From Thermoplasmata archaeon (lineage in GTDB: Archaea; Thermoplasmatota; Thermoplasmata; Lutacidiplasmatales; UBA184): a stretch of 64,000 nt of DNA. The stretch lies in contig DASRSV010000030.1 of NCBI GenBank assembly GCA_035656255.1, positions 1,338 to 65,337 of the forward strand. The letters are read 5' to 3'. A program made the translations under genes and the position numbers. Positions 47,226 through 56,660 of this stretch are shown here, piece by piece; position 1 is the stretch's first letter, and each line of letters begins with the position of its first letter. The notes beneath the pieces are model-generated. The model was not told the DNA's origin, did not search any database, and saw only the letters and a program-made list of their open reading frames with translations.

Positions 47226-48149
47226 ATGTCGCGGCGGCTCCGAGATTCGATCGGTTCCTACCGGATCGCTGCCACCGTGTTGGCTCTCACGGGGGTTCTC
47301 GCGACGGTCGGCGCGAGCGCGACGCATCCATCGCCGCGCACGTATCTTGCTCCGTACAAGGGGACCGTGAGCTCCCCGGGGGTCTCGACCGGTGCGCAGG
47401 CTTGCGCCAAGGCCGTTCAGACCATACCGAAGTGGAGCCCGCAGCTCGGCATTATGAACGAGTCCGACTCGGCGAGCGCAAAGGTCTGTGCGAAGTCGCT
47501 CGGGGGGGTGGGCTACTTCAGCTCCGCCTACTCGAGCGGACAGCTCGCCCTCGCGATCCCGATCCGGATCCCCACCAACGGGAGCCACACGATCGAGATC
47601 AACTGGACGCTGACGCTGGCGACCATCCAGAGCTGGACGGTCGGGGGATGCCCGCGCGCGAACTTCTCGTTCCCGGTCCCGTCTAGTTCGAGCGAAGACG
47701 CCTACTGCACGAACCAGGAGCTCGTCGACGTCTACATCACCGCCTACCTGGTCGATCTCACGAACTCGAGCTACAACGGTGCGACGTACGCGTGTGCGTC
47801 CGACTACAACAGCTCGGGATGGCAGAACAGCTCCTACTGCTACAATTACGGGACCCCCGGCTGCTCGAACACGACGGGGCCGTTCAACTACAGCAACAAC
47901 TACGGGTACAACAACCCCGGTTGGTCGGCGTTCACCTGGAACGGGATGACCAAATTCTCTCTCTGGACGAACGGGACCAAGATGGTCCGGACCGATCGGT
48001 GGATTGTCGAGCTCAACTTCTACAAGGACTCGCAGGCGGCGGCCGGGGCGTACCACGTGCTCGGTGCGTGGCCGGGCGCCGCGCGGGCGTTGATCAACAT
48101 GGGAACCCTCGGGAACTCGGCGAAGATCGACTCGATCACTGTCTACTAG
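47226..48149 (+). CDS. Secreted Cys-patterned beta-rich protein (copy 4)
   Basis: Signal peptide, TYLAPYKG, WSPQLG, VDLTN, NMGTLGNS, terminal SITVY. Confidence 0.8.
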   Translation: MSRRLRDSIGSYRIAATVLALTGVLATVGASATHPSPRTYLAPYKGTVSSPGVSTGAQACAKAVQTIPKWSPQLGIMNESDSASAKVCAKSLGGVGYFSSAYSSGQLALAIPIRIPTNGSHTIEINWTLTLATIQSWTVGGCPRANFSFPVPSSSSEDAYCTNQELVDVYITAYLVDLTNSSYNGATYACASDYNSSGWQNSSYCYNYGTPGCSNTTGPFNYSNNYGYNNPGWSAFTWNGMTKFSLWTNGTKMVRTDRWIVELNFYKDSQAAAGAYHVLGAWPGAARALINMGTLGNSAKIDSITVY

Positions 48150-48163
48150 GGAAAGAGGAGCCG

Positions 48164-48583
48164 ATGACGAGTCGCCCGACCGCGGGACGAATCTCGCCGG
48201 CGTTCGACCGGCTGGTCGCGGACCTCACGAAGCTCCCCGGAGTGTCGCAGCCGACGCGGCGCGGTTTTGGCAACGCGGCGCTGTGGGCCGGCCACCGAAT
48301 GTTCGCGTTCCTCGACGCCCGAGGCTCGTTCGTCGTGAAGCTGCCCGCGACGCGCGTTGATGCGCTCGTGGCGGAGGGCCGCGGGGTCCGCTGGGTCCCG
48401 GGAAGAGGACGGTCCATGCGGGAGTGGGTCGCGCTGGACGGCGCCCACGCCGGGAGCTGGTTGGACCTCGCGATCGACGCGCGGGCGTTCGTCGCGGAGG
48501 GGAAGTCTTCCAAACTCCGGTCCGGGGCGATTGCGACGCGCAGCGCGCGAGCGAAGCGGAACCCGGCAAAGCGCACCCGCTGA
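48164..48583 (+). CDS. TfoX-N/MmcQ-like small protein
   Basis: GFGNAAL..GHRMFAF, FVVKLP..RV..LV, GR.MREWV, W..LA..A..FV. Confidence 0.7.
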   Translation: MTSRPTAGRISPAFDRLVADLTKLPGVSQPTRRGFGNAALWAGHRMFAFLDARGSFVVKLPATRVDALVAEGRGVRWVPGRGRSMREWVALDGAHAGSWLDLAIDARAFVAEGKSSKLRSGAIATRSARAKRNPAKRTR

Positions 48584-48767
48584 GCGTCGAGCGGCCGCCG
48601 ACGGTGCGCGCCGGCTCTCGCTCGAGCGACGGATGCATGCGTAGCCATACATGGGGTACATATCGGAGTCGGATGGGCGCCGGGATTGGCGCGCAAGCCG
48701 TGGCGGACCGGAGCAGGTTTGGCAACGAACGAGCGGTTAAAGAGAGGCCCGGTTCTCCCGCGCCGAG

Positions 48768-51290
48768 ATGTCCGCTCGCCGTTGGGTTCTCGGGTTAGCG
48801 ACCGCCGCCGCCGTACTGGTGCTCTTCGCCCCTAGCGCTGCCGCGTCGACGTCGGGGGTCGGCGGCCACGCCGCCGCGCCCGTCGGGGTGGCGGTATCGC
48901 ACGCAGCGGCCTCGGAGCTCTCGGCGCACGCCCTCTCGGTGCTCAACTCGATCAAGGCCGCGCACGTCCCGATGCACGATGTGTTCCTGCCGAACTTCAA
49001 CGCGCGCCTCGGCGTCTCGAACGGGATCGTTTCCCCGCTCTACACGACCGCGCCCGCGCCGATGGGGCTCGGCGACTTCGGGATCCGCGACGTACACGGC
49101 CACAACGTCGGGACGATCTCCTACACCCAGAGCGACAAGGCGGTCGTCAAGATCAACTCCGTGGACCCGTTCTACCTCGCGTCGTCGTCGCCGGATTGGT
49201 TCACGCTGCAGCTCAACAGCGTCCTCACCGGCGTAACGGTGCTCAACAACACGTCGGGCCAGTACTGGATCCAGAACGTACCGATCTACCAGGCGTCGAC
49301 CCAGACGCTGAGCATCGAGGACAACATCTGGAACTTCAGCTCGCCCGGCGCCGGAATGTACCGGAGCACGCTCTACAGCTACTTCGGGAACGTCGTGCAA
49401 CCGACATTCTACTACGCGACGGGTCCCGCGTGGCACATGCCCACGCCGTTCACGATCGCGCTCTACAACAACGCGACAGTCCTGAACGACCGGCCCACGG
49501 TGTTCTTCAACTACTCCATCACGGCGGCGAACGGCTCGATCTACGCGGGCACGTTCGATCAAGTGGAGTTCAACTCGACCGGGCTCGCAACCCCGACCGG
49601 GCCGGCGGCGACGCCCTCCTTCCAGATCAACGGCAAGGCGTTCGACCCGATCGGGCTCCTCAACGATGAAGAGATCATGATCGGGGGACCGGGCGGCGGC
49701 TCGACGACGACGCTCCTCGGCTTCCATGCGACCATGTCGCTCGCGACGCTCCCGAACGGATCGACGAACTACCGCAACGCCCCGGCCGGCTGGGGCTTCG
49801 GGACCGACACCGGCGAGACGAGCGAGGGGATCTCCGTCTGGACGACCGGCGGCGCCAACCCGGTAGCGACGTTGGGCGAAGGGCCGTCGATCCTCGCCCC
49901 GCTCTGGGGCATCGCGGGCGCGGCGGGCGGCACGACGACGATCCACCTTACCGTCACTCCGAGCAACGCGTTCGTCTTCGTCTCACCCGGGAAGACGTTC
50001 TCGCTCGCGACCTCGGCGTGGATACCGATGCCCGCCTCGGGCTCGATCGCGTTCACACTTCCGGACGGCAGCTACACGGTCCGCGTGCTCCTGAGCAACT
50101 TCAACCCCCAGACCCATACGGTCGGGCCCCACAGCGGCGGGCTCACGGTGAACCTCCACGCGAACACGGCGATGGGAGTGTACACGCCCCTCTGGGCGTG
50201 GAACGACGGGCAGCTCGCCGCGATCTCGCAGCCCGGCGGCGCGGGGACGATCGCCCACCCGTACGTCCTCTGGAACAACCAGATCGGGCTGCTGAGCCCG
50301 CTCTTCGGGGAGGTCAACGACTACTTCTTCCCGGTCTTTGCGGGAATCTTCCTGGGCGACACGACGGCGCACGTCACCGTCACGGCCCCGTCGCTCGCGA
50401 TCGCTTACACGCTCCCTGCGACCGCGGGCGCGTGCACGTTCTTCGGCCTCCCGTGCACGAACAACCTCCCGCTCCAGTTCTACAACGCCCAGCACGTCGC
50501 GCTGTACGGCTCGCCGATGATCACGGGCTGGTTCGCGAACTTCGTGACCTACACCTCCGAGGTCGAGCTGTGGAACGTCTCGCACAGCCTGATCGCGAAC
50601 AACACGTTCGGCGTCCAAAGCGTCGGGCTCATCCTCTCGGTCGGCGGGAGCTCGAACTGGGTGTTCGGGAACGTGTTCAACTCGGCGACCACCACCGCCA
50701 CGAGCCCAGGGGCGGTCTTGCAGGGCACCGCGCCGATCGGGATCGAGGAGTACGAGAACCACGACCTGATCTGGAACAACGAGTTCCTCACGACCGTCAC
50801 CGCCTACACGCCGCCGTTCGACCTCTACTCGGGCGCGTTCAACTTCTGGTCGGACTGGTGGAACGTGGCGACGCAGCCGGCGGGGAACCCCCACGTGCAC
50901 GACGGCTGGACCTTGAGCGGGAGCATCCTGGGCCTCCCGACCGTCGGAGGGAACTACTGGGCGAACTACGGCACCCAGTCGGACCCGTACGGTCGGATGC
51001 CGTACAACGACGGCGGCGCGATCTTCGTCGGGGGCGACTGGGCCCCGCAGACGACGTTCGCGCTCTACAAGCTCACGTTCGTCGAGAGCGGGCTTGCCCA
51101 CGGGACGAACTGGACGGTCACGTTGAACGGGATCAGCTGGACAACGAGCGGCACGACGATCGCGTTCTGGGACCCGAACGGGACGTACGCGTTCACCGTC
51201 ACGCCGGTCGCGGGCTACACAGCGCATCCGACGAAGGGCGCGGAGACGGTGAACGGCGCGAACCAGTCGCGCGGGATCACCTTCACCTAG
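48768..51290 (+). CDS. Thermopsin-family acid protease with beta-helix and C-terminal repeat domains
   Basis: PAPMGLGDFG, LQLN.VL, YWIQNV, DNIWNFS, GGPGGG, DTGETSEG; tail FVESGL..GT.W.VTLNG. Confidence 0.88.
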   Translation: MSARRWVLGLATAAAVLVLFAPSAAASTSGVGGHAAAPVGVAVSHAAASELSAHALSVLNSIKAAHVPMHDVFLPNFNARLGVSNGIVSPLYTTAPAPMGLGDFGIRDVHGHNVGTISYTQSDKAVVKINSVDPFYLASSSPDWFTLQLNSVLTGVTVLNNTSGQYWIQNVPIYQASTQTLSIEDNIWNFSSPGAGMYRSTLYSYFGNVVQPTFYYATGPAWHMPTPFTIALYNNATVLNDRPTVFFNYSITAANGSIYAGTFDQVEFNSTGLATPTGPAATPSFQINGKAFDPIGLLNDEEIMIGGPGGGSTTTLLGFHATMSLATLPNGSTNYRNAPAGWGFGTDTGETSEGISVWTTGGANPVATLGEGPSILAPLWGIAGAAGGTTTIHLTVTPSNAFVFVSPGKTFSLATSAWIPMPASGSIAFTLPDGSYTVRVLLSNFNPQTHTVGPHSGGLTVNLHANTAMGVYTPLWAWNDGQLAAISQPGGAGTIAHPYVLWNNQIGLLSPLFGEVNDYFFPVFAGIFLGDTTAHVTVTAPSLAIAYTLPATAGACTFFGLPCTNNLPLQFYNAQHVALYGSPMITGWFANFVTYTSEVELWNVSHSLIANNTFGVQSVGLILSVGGSSNWVFGNVFNSATTTATSPGAVLQGTAPIGIEEYENHDLIWNNEFLTTVTAYTPPFDLYSGAFNFWSDWWNVATQPAGNPHVHDGWTLSGSILGLPTVGGNYWANYGTQSDPYGRMPYNDGGAIFVGGDWAPQTTFALYKLTFVESGLAHGTNWTVTLNGISWTTSGTTIAFWDPNGTYAFTVTPVAGYTAHPTKGAETVNGANQSRGITFT

Positions 51291-51444
51291 TCGCAGTGGA
51301 GGGCCGTCCGGTCTCCCGCCGGGTGGGGGGGCCGGACGGTGATGCCGCCCGTGGAAGCCGCCCCGGGCCGGGAGGCGGTGCCCGACTTCGGCCCGGACGA
51401 TTGCTCTATCTACGGGGAGCCCCGAGTTCCTTCCCAGAGCTTCG

Positions 51445-52041
51445 ATGGCCGCTGGAACCGTAGCGTGTCCCAAGTGCGGGGCCTCGAACGCGGCCGGTAG
51501 CCGGTTCTGCCTCGTTTGCGGCCAGCCCTTGACGGCGGGGGCGGTCCCGTCGCCTCCTCCCCCGCCCCCGCCGCCGACCCCATCCCCCTACGGCGGCGGG
51601 CCGGGCGCGGTCCCGGGGCCGTACCCGGCGATGCCGCCACCCGCGCCGAAGCGGTCGATGAAGACGATCGTGATCGCCCTCGTCGTCGTCGTCATCGCGG
51701 TCGTCATCCTGGTGGTCCTCGCGACCGTGCCGGTCGTCGCCGAGCAGACGCACGACACCGTGAGCTGCGGCGGCTTCGCGGGTCTCACGTCCCGGAGCTT
51801 CCCCTCGGGAACCAACGTGAACATCTACTGGACCACCGGACCCGGCGGTGCGAACGTCACCTTCGCGATCGCCGGCGGGTCGATCACCGCTCCGACGGTC
51901 TACTCCCATACGGGGAGCTCGGACTCGACCCAGCTCCATTCGACCGGGGGCACGTACTACTTCACGTGCGTACCGAGCGGCACCGGCACGACCTCGCCCG
52001 ACGTCGCGGTGACCGAGAACTTCACTGCGCCCATCCTGTAG
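51445..52041 (+). CDS. Zinc-ribbon, poly-Pro, single-TM membrane protein
   Basis: CPKCG...FCLVCG, Pro run, hydrophobic helix, extracellular beta domain. Confidence 0.8.
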   Translation: MAAGTVACPKCGASNAAGSRFCLVCGQPLTAGAVPSPPPPPPPPTPSPYGGGPGAVPGPYPAMPPPAPKRSMKTIVIALVVVVIAVVILVVLATVPVVAEQTHDTVSCGGFAGLTSRSFPSGTNVNIYWTTGPGGANVTFAIAGGSITAPTVYSHTGSSDSTQLHSTGGTYYFTCVPSGTGTTSPDVAVTENFTAPIL

Positions 52042-52089
52042 ACCGTCGCGGCCGGCCACCCCCCGGCGGCCGGCGCCGCCACACCCTCC

Positions 52090-53190
52090 TCAGCCGGTCA
52101 CGTGGGCGGGCACGGCGGAGCGGTGGGGGACCCCGGCCGCGGCGCGGAGGCTCGCCGAACGGTACAGCCGAAGGAGAAAGAGCCCAAACGCGAGGTCGGC
52201 GAGCAGGACGACCTCGATCGGGAACTGCGCCACGAATCCGAACACCATCACCGGCAGCACGAGGCCCGCGGCGAGGGCGATCAGCTGGCGGTCGTCCCGC
52301 CCCGGGGTGAGCCGCCGCCCCGCGAAGTAGCACCACGCAAGGATCACCGCGCAGACGAGCACGAAGGTGGCGGACGCGGGCCAACCGAGCGCTCCCGGAA
52401 TCGCCTCCGAGAACAGCACCGCCGGGAACGCCGAGAGTCCGAGGAGACCGTACGCCAGCGGACTGCCCGCGAGACCGCGGCGACCGCGTGCGAGCAGGTC
52501 GGGGGGCACGCGTCGCGCGAGCAGGACCAAGCCTCCGATGACCGCGAGGCTGGCGCCGAGGATGACGGGGCCCATGAAGTAGTGGAGACCGAGCACCGTG
52601 ATCGCCATCAGGATCAGGACGTCGACGACGAGGATGGACCCGACGATCCACGTTCCCCGGCGGGTGAGGAGCGACCGTCCGCGCTGTTCGGGGAGCGCCA
52701 GGTCGAAGAGCAGGAGCGGTAGGCAGATGCTGAAGACGGTGTGGAAGAACACGATCGAAGGGACCCAGATCCAGTTGACACCGAGCCAGTGACCGTAGCC
52801 CCCGAGCACACCCACGTTCGGCGAGGTCGGGTCGAACATGGTGCTCAGCGCCACCCCCTCCTCCAGGATCCCGTACGCGGCCGCCAGTACGGCGACGGTC
52901 GCGAACCCCACCTTCCATCGGACGCGCGCCTCGCGGATCAGGAGCACCCCGGGACCGTACAGTCCGAGGTTGAGCGCCAGGAAGATCGGGAAGACGAGCG
53001 GCGCGACCACGAGGCCGGAAAGCTTCGACGACCCCGAGAGGTATTCCGGGATGCCGGGGGTGAGGACGAGAAGGGTCAGGATCGGGTGGGCCCGGAAGAA
53101 CGAGATGATGCGCTGGAGGAACGAGGGACGCGATGGAGCCGGCTTCGGCACGCCGTCGGGCCGATCCCCCTCGGTAGGCCCGATCGCCAT
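52090..53190 (-). CDS. Multi-pass membrane protein of unknown function
   Basis: About 10 TM helices, PEYLSGS, LYGPG.LLIRE, YGILEEG. Confidence 0.8.
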   Translation of the reverse strand: MAIGPTEGDRPDGVPKPAPSRPSFLQRIISFFRAHPILTLLVLTPGIPEYLSGSSKLSGLVVAPLVFPIFLALNLGLYGPGVLLIREARVRWKVGFATVAVLAAAYGILEEGVALSTMFDPTSPNVGVLGGYGHWLGVNWIWVPSIVFFHTVFSICLPLLLFDLALPEQRGRSLLTRRGTWIVGSILVVDVLILMAITVLGLHYFMGPVILGASLAVIGGLVLLARRVPPDLLARGRRGLAGSPLAYGLLGLSAFPAVLFSEAIPGALGWPASATFVLVCAVILAWCYFAGRRLTPGRDDRQLIALAAGLVLPVMVFGFVAQFPIEVVLLADLAFGLFLLRLYRSASLRAAAGVPHRSAVPAHVTG

Positions 53191-53282
53191 GGTCCGCGCT
53201 CCCGGGTCCGGAGAGGCGGTATTTCAATCCCTACGAACGAATGATTCTCCGAGCGAGAGCATGCGCATGGACGCGCACACAC

Positions 53283-53729
53283 TTACGACTTCTGGCGCGC
53301 GAACCGCGCGAGGTCCCGGAGCATGACGTCGGCGGACCCGGGATAGAGCTGCCCCACGGCTCGGGACCGACCGTCCTGGAACACCGCGCTCGGGTGGTTC
53401 TTCACCCCGTACTCCATGAGCGCGGTCAGCACCGGCCAGACATCTTTCCCCTTCGGCGCGAGGACGTACCGCGGCCGACGGGCGCCCAGGGTCGTCTCGC
53501 GCTCGATCAGCCCCTCGGCGGCGAGCTGCCGGAGGCGGAGCGACAGTGTTCGTTGGCGGAGTCCCGGATTGTTCTTCCGTATCAGTCCGAACGTTGCTCC
53601 CGGAAAGAACGCGATGTCGCGGAGGATCGTGAGGGTCCACTTGCGGCCGAGCGTCCCCAGACTCGCGAAGATCGGGCATGTGATGAACTCGGTGGTGGGA
53701 GGCGGGAGCACCTCGGTCTCGGTCTGCAC
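53283..53729 (-). CDS. HxlR-family transcriptional regulator
   Basis: CPI..SL..LGRKWTLTILRD, LS.RLRQL...GLI, Y.L..KG. Confidence 0.9.
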   Translation of the reverse strand: MQTETEVLPPPTTEFITCPIFASLGTLGRKWTLTILRDIAFFPGATFGLIRKNNPGLRQRTLSLRLRQLAAEGLIERETTLGARRPRYVLAPKGKDVWPVLTALMEYGVKNHPSAVFQDGRSRAVGQLYPGSADVMLRDLARFARQKS

Positions 53730-53914
53730 GGATCCTCCTGGCGCTGCGAGGGCGCACCCGTGGGGGTATCCGGAGCCCTCCTGAAACCTTCGTTGGTTCT
53801 CCCCGCTCGCCGGGGGCCGCCGCCCGACGGCACGGATGGTATCCTTACGTGCCGAGCGCCCTTATCGCCCCGGGACCCTTCGGGATGCGCGCCCGCTGGG
53901 CGGAGGATGGATCG

Positions 53915-54289
53915 ATGACCCACCATGAGGAGAAGCCGAAGTTGGACCACGTCGAGTTCGCGTCGAAGGACCCTGCCGCGACGCGGAAGTTCCTCGAGAA
54001 GGCGTTCGGGTTCAAGATCACCGTGATGCCGGAGATGGGCGGCTACGCGATGCACGGGCGGAGCGAGGGCGCCGTCGCGGCGAGCTTCGGCGTCCGCGAG
54101 CTGATGGGGCCGGAGCAGCCCGGGTCCGTCGTCTACATTACGGTCGGGAACATCGACGAGGCGCTCAAGAACGTGAAGGCGGCCGGCGCTTCGGTCATGA
54201 TGGAGAAGACCGAGATCCCGGGGATCGGCTGGTCCGCGGTGTACCACGCCCCCGGCGGAGTCGTCCAGGGCCTGTTCCAGAACAAGTAG
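53915..54289 (+). CDS. VOC family protein
   Basis: HVEFASKDP....KF....FG, VYITV.NID, KTEIPGIGW, PGG..QGL. Confidence 0.85.
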   Translation: MTHHEEKPKLDHVEFASKDPAATRKFLEKAFGFKITVMPEMGGYAMHGRSEGAVAASFGVRELMGPEQPGSVVYITVGNIDEALKNVKAAGASVMMEKTEIPGIGWSAVYHAPGGVVQGLFQNK

Positions 54290-54475
54290 TCCGGTCGACC
54301 CCCCCGTCGTCGGCCCGCCGTTCGGCGCGGGCCGGCGAACGCTGCGTCGCCGTACCACTCCCGAACGGGGGACACCGGCGCGACCCACCCGTCATCGGTC
54401 GAACCCGAGCCCGCCGGGCGGGGAACGGCACGATCGTGCCGCGTCCCCTTATCTCCCCGCAGGAGGTGCGAGGGC

Positions 54476-54904
54476 ATGGTCCGAGTCGTTGACCAAGGGT
54501 CGCACTTCGAGGCGCCGATCGACAAGGTCTGGAAACTGATCGAAGCCCACCAGCACGATATGGACGGGGTCCACCCCGGCAGCAAGAACATCAAGCAGGC
54601 GATGGAGGGACCGAACCAGGCGGTCGCGGCGTGGACCGTCGAGATGAACGGCCGGGACACGCCGATGAAGATCCGCGTCACACCCCTTCCGCCGCTCGGA
54701 CAAGCGATAGAAGTGCTGGAGGGACCGATGGCCGGAAGCAAGTTCATGAACTACTACACGCCGCGGGGGAACAAGACCGAGGTCACCGTCGTCGGCGAGT
54801 TCGCCTCGCCCATGATCCCGGAGTCCCAGCTCGAGGGCGCGGTCCGGCAGTTCCTGAACGACGCCTTCGACCAGGATTCGGCGTACCTCAGGAAGATGAA
54901 GTAG
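54476..54904 (+). CDS. SRPBCC-like protein
   Basis: FEAPIDKVWKL, EVLEGPMAGS, C-terminal helix. Confidence 0.65.
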   Translation: MVRVVDQGSHFEAPIDKVWKLIEAHQHDMDGVHPGSKNIKQAMEGPNQAVAAWTVEMNGRDTPMKIRVTPLPPLGQAIEVLEGPMAGSKFMNYYTPRGNKTEVTVVGEFASPMIPESQLEGAVRQFLNDAFDQDSAYLRKMK

Positions 54905-54968
54905 ACCGGCGGCACTCGGCCGGCCGAACCCATTCCTCTCGATCCACGCGCCGGGCAGCGCGCGGGCC

Positions 54969-55541
54969 CTAGGCCCGAGCGGCGGGCGCCCTCAGCCGGG
55001 AGGCATACTGCTTACGAAACTTCGCGACCTTCGGCGCCACGACGAACTGGCAGTAAGCCTGGGTCGGGTTGCGACGGAAGTAGTCGTGGTGGTACTCCTC
55101 GGCCGGGTAGAACGTCGTGAGCGGGACAATCTCGGTCACGAGGCGCCGTCGCCAGAGCCCCGCCTCCTCGATCTCCCGCTTGACCGCTTCCGCGGTCGCC
55201 CGCTGCGCGGCGTCCTTGGGGAGGATGATCGACCGGTACTGGGTGCCGGCGTCCGCCCCCTGGCGGTTGAGGGTCGTCGGGTCGTGGACGGTGAAGAAGA
55301 TCCGCAGCAGGTCCGCGTACGAGAGGACGGTCGGGTCGAACGTGATCTGGATGACCTCGGCGTGGCCGGTCGTGCCGGTGCAGACCTCCTCATAGGACGG
55401 ATTCGCCGCCGTCCCCCCGGCGTACCCCGGGACCACCGACCGTACGCCCTCGAGCTCCGCGTAGACCGCTTCGGTGCACCAAAAGCATCCGCCGCCGACG
55501 ACCGCCGACTCCGTTCGGGAGCTGGCGCCGCTGTCCGTCAT
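54969..55541 (-). CDS. msrA: Peptide-methionine (S)-sulfoxide reductase
   Basis: GGCFWCTEA, GYAGG, TGHAEV, HDPTTLNRQG, FYPAEEYH. Confidence 0.96.
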   Translation of the reverse strand: MTDSGASSRTESAVVGGGCFWCTEAVYAELEGVRSVVPGYAGGTAANPSYEEVCTGTTGHAEVIQITFDPTVLSYADLLRIFFTVHDPTTLNRQGADAGTQYRSIILPKDAAQRATAEAVKREIEEAGLWRRRLVTEIVPLTTFYPAEEYHHDYFRRNPTQAYCQFVVAPKVAKFRKQYASRLRAPAARA

Positions 55542-56104
55542 TGACGGCCGCCTGCCCCCCGGCTGTTGCCGGGGCGGCGCATAGCGCCTCGGGGGGGCAG
55601 GGGACCGAGCACTCCGAACTGCTGCGCCCATTTCGTGGAGAGCTCGTCGCGCCGCGGGTGATACACCCGCTCAAAGAACCCCGACCGCGACTTGAGCGTC
55701 CCCTCGTCCGTCGCCGCGACGATCGCCTCGGCCTCCGCCCACGCGACGCGGAAGTTCGCATCGCTCCCGAACCGGGACGCGACCTGCTTGAGGAACGACT
55801 CCTCGGTCTGTGTCTCTCCGCCGATCGTGAACATGGGCGTAGCGTGGTTCGGGTCGCGGGGCGCCTCGTCGTCGCCGAGCTGGAAGAACCTGGGCCCCGC
55901 GGACGGGCCCGTCCCGCTCCCCTCGCCGCTCCCGCCCTCTCCTCCTCCACGGAAGCCACGCTTCGCCGCGGCGTAGAAGATCGCCCGATTGAGCCCCCAG
56001 GAATAGGCGGACTCCCGAGCCAAGCCGAGGCGGGCGGCACGCGCCGCCTGGAGCATCGCCATCACGGTGAACCGAGTGATTCGAGGGGGGCGGGCGAGGG
56101 CCAC
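55538..56104 (-). CDS. Hypothetical protein
   Basis: RF.VMAMLQAARA..LG....AYSWGLNRAIFYAAAKRG; stop overlaps the msrA ATG. Confidence 0.75.
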   Translation of the reverse strand: MALARPPRITRFTVMAMLQAARAARLGLARESAYSWGLNRAIFYAAAKRGFRGGGEGGSGEGSGTGPSAGPRFFQLGDDEAPRDPNHATPMFTIGGETQTEESFLKQVASRFGSDANFRVAWAEAEAIVAATDEGTLKSRSGFFERVYHPRRDELSTKWAQQFGVLGPLPPRGAMRRPGNSRGAGGRQ

Positions 56105-56181
56105 CTATACCACCGACCGCGCCGGGGGAAGGCCGGCCCCGTTCGGGAGATCTGGAATCGGCTCGGGATCCGCGGGCGTCG

Positions 56182-56550
56182 TCACGACCCCGTCCGGTCG
56201 AGCGCCGCCGCCGCTCGGATCATCCGGGCCAACGACGCGCGCTCCGCATCCTTCAGGCTCCGGACCTTGACGTGACGAAGCGATTTCCCCGTCCCCTCGA
56301 TCTCGGGGAACCGCGGCGCGAGCTCAGCACCTCGGAAGAATCCGAGGTTAATGTGGTCACGGTGGAGCATGAGGTAGATCGCGTTGGACCGGCCGGACCA
56401 CACCGGATTGCCCCAGAGGAAGCGCTCCTGCAGCCCCGGGGCGTGGGTCCGGATCAAGCGCAACAGCTGCCGCCCGATCGGCCGCAGATCGCGATCCAGG
56501 CCGTCGATGGCCGCCCGGGCGCGGACGTCCCGACCGGCTGTCGGCGCCAT
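56182..56550 (-). CDS. DUF1801/YdhG-like protein
   Basis: LLRLI...AP.L.E...WGNPVW, HINLGFFRGAEL, EGTGKSLRHVK. Confidence 0.85.
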   Translation of the reverse strand: MAPTAGRDVRARAAIDGLDRDLRPIGRQLLRLIRTHAPGLQERFLWGNPVWSGRSNAIYLMLHRDHINLGFFRGAELAPRFPEIEGTGKSLRHVKVRSLKDAERASLARMIRAAAALDRTGS

Positions 56551-56660
56551 CCCGCCCTCGTACGCCTCGGGAGCACATCCCGTTGCTGTTCCGGCCGCGG
56601 CCCGACCGGGCTGCTCGCGAGACGAGAGCCCTTCGGCGGCGTCCACCCGCTCTCGATCGC

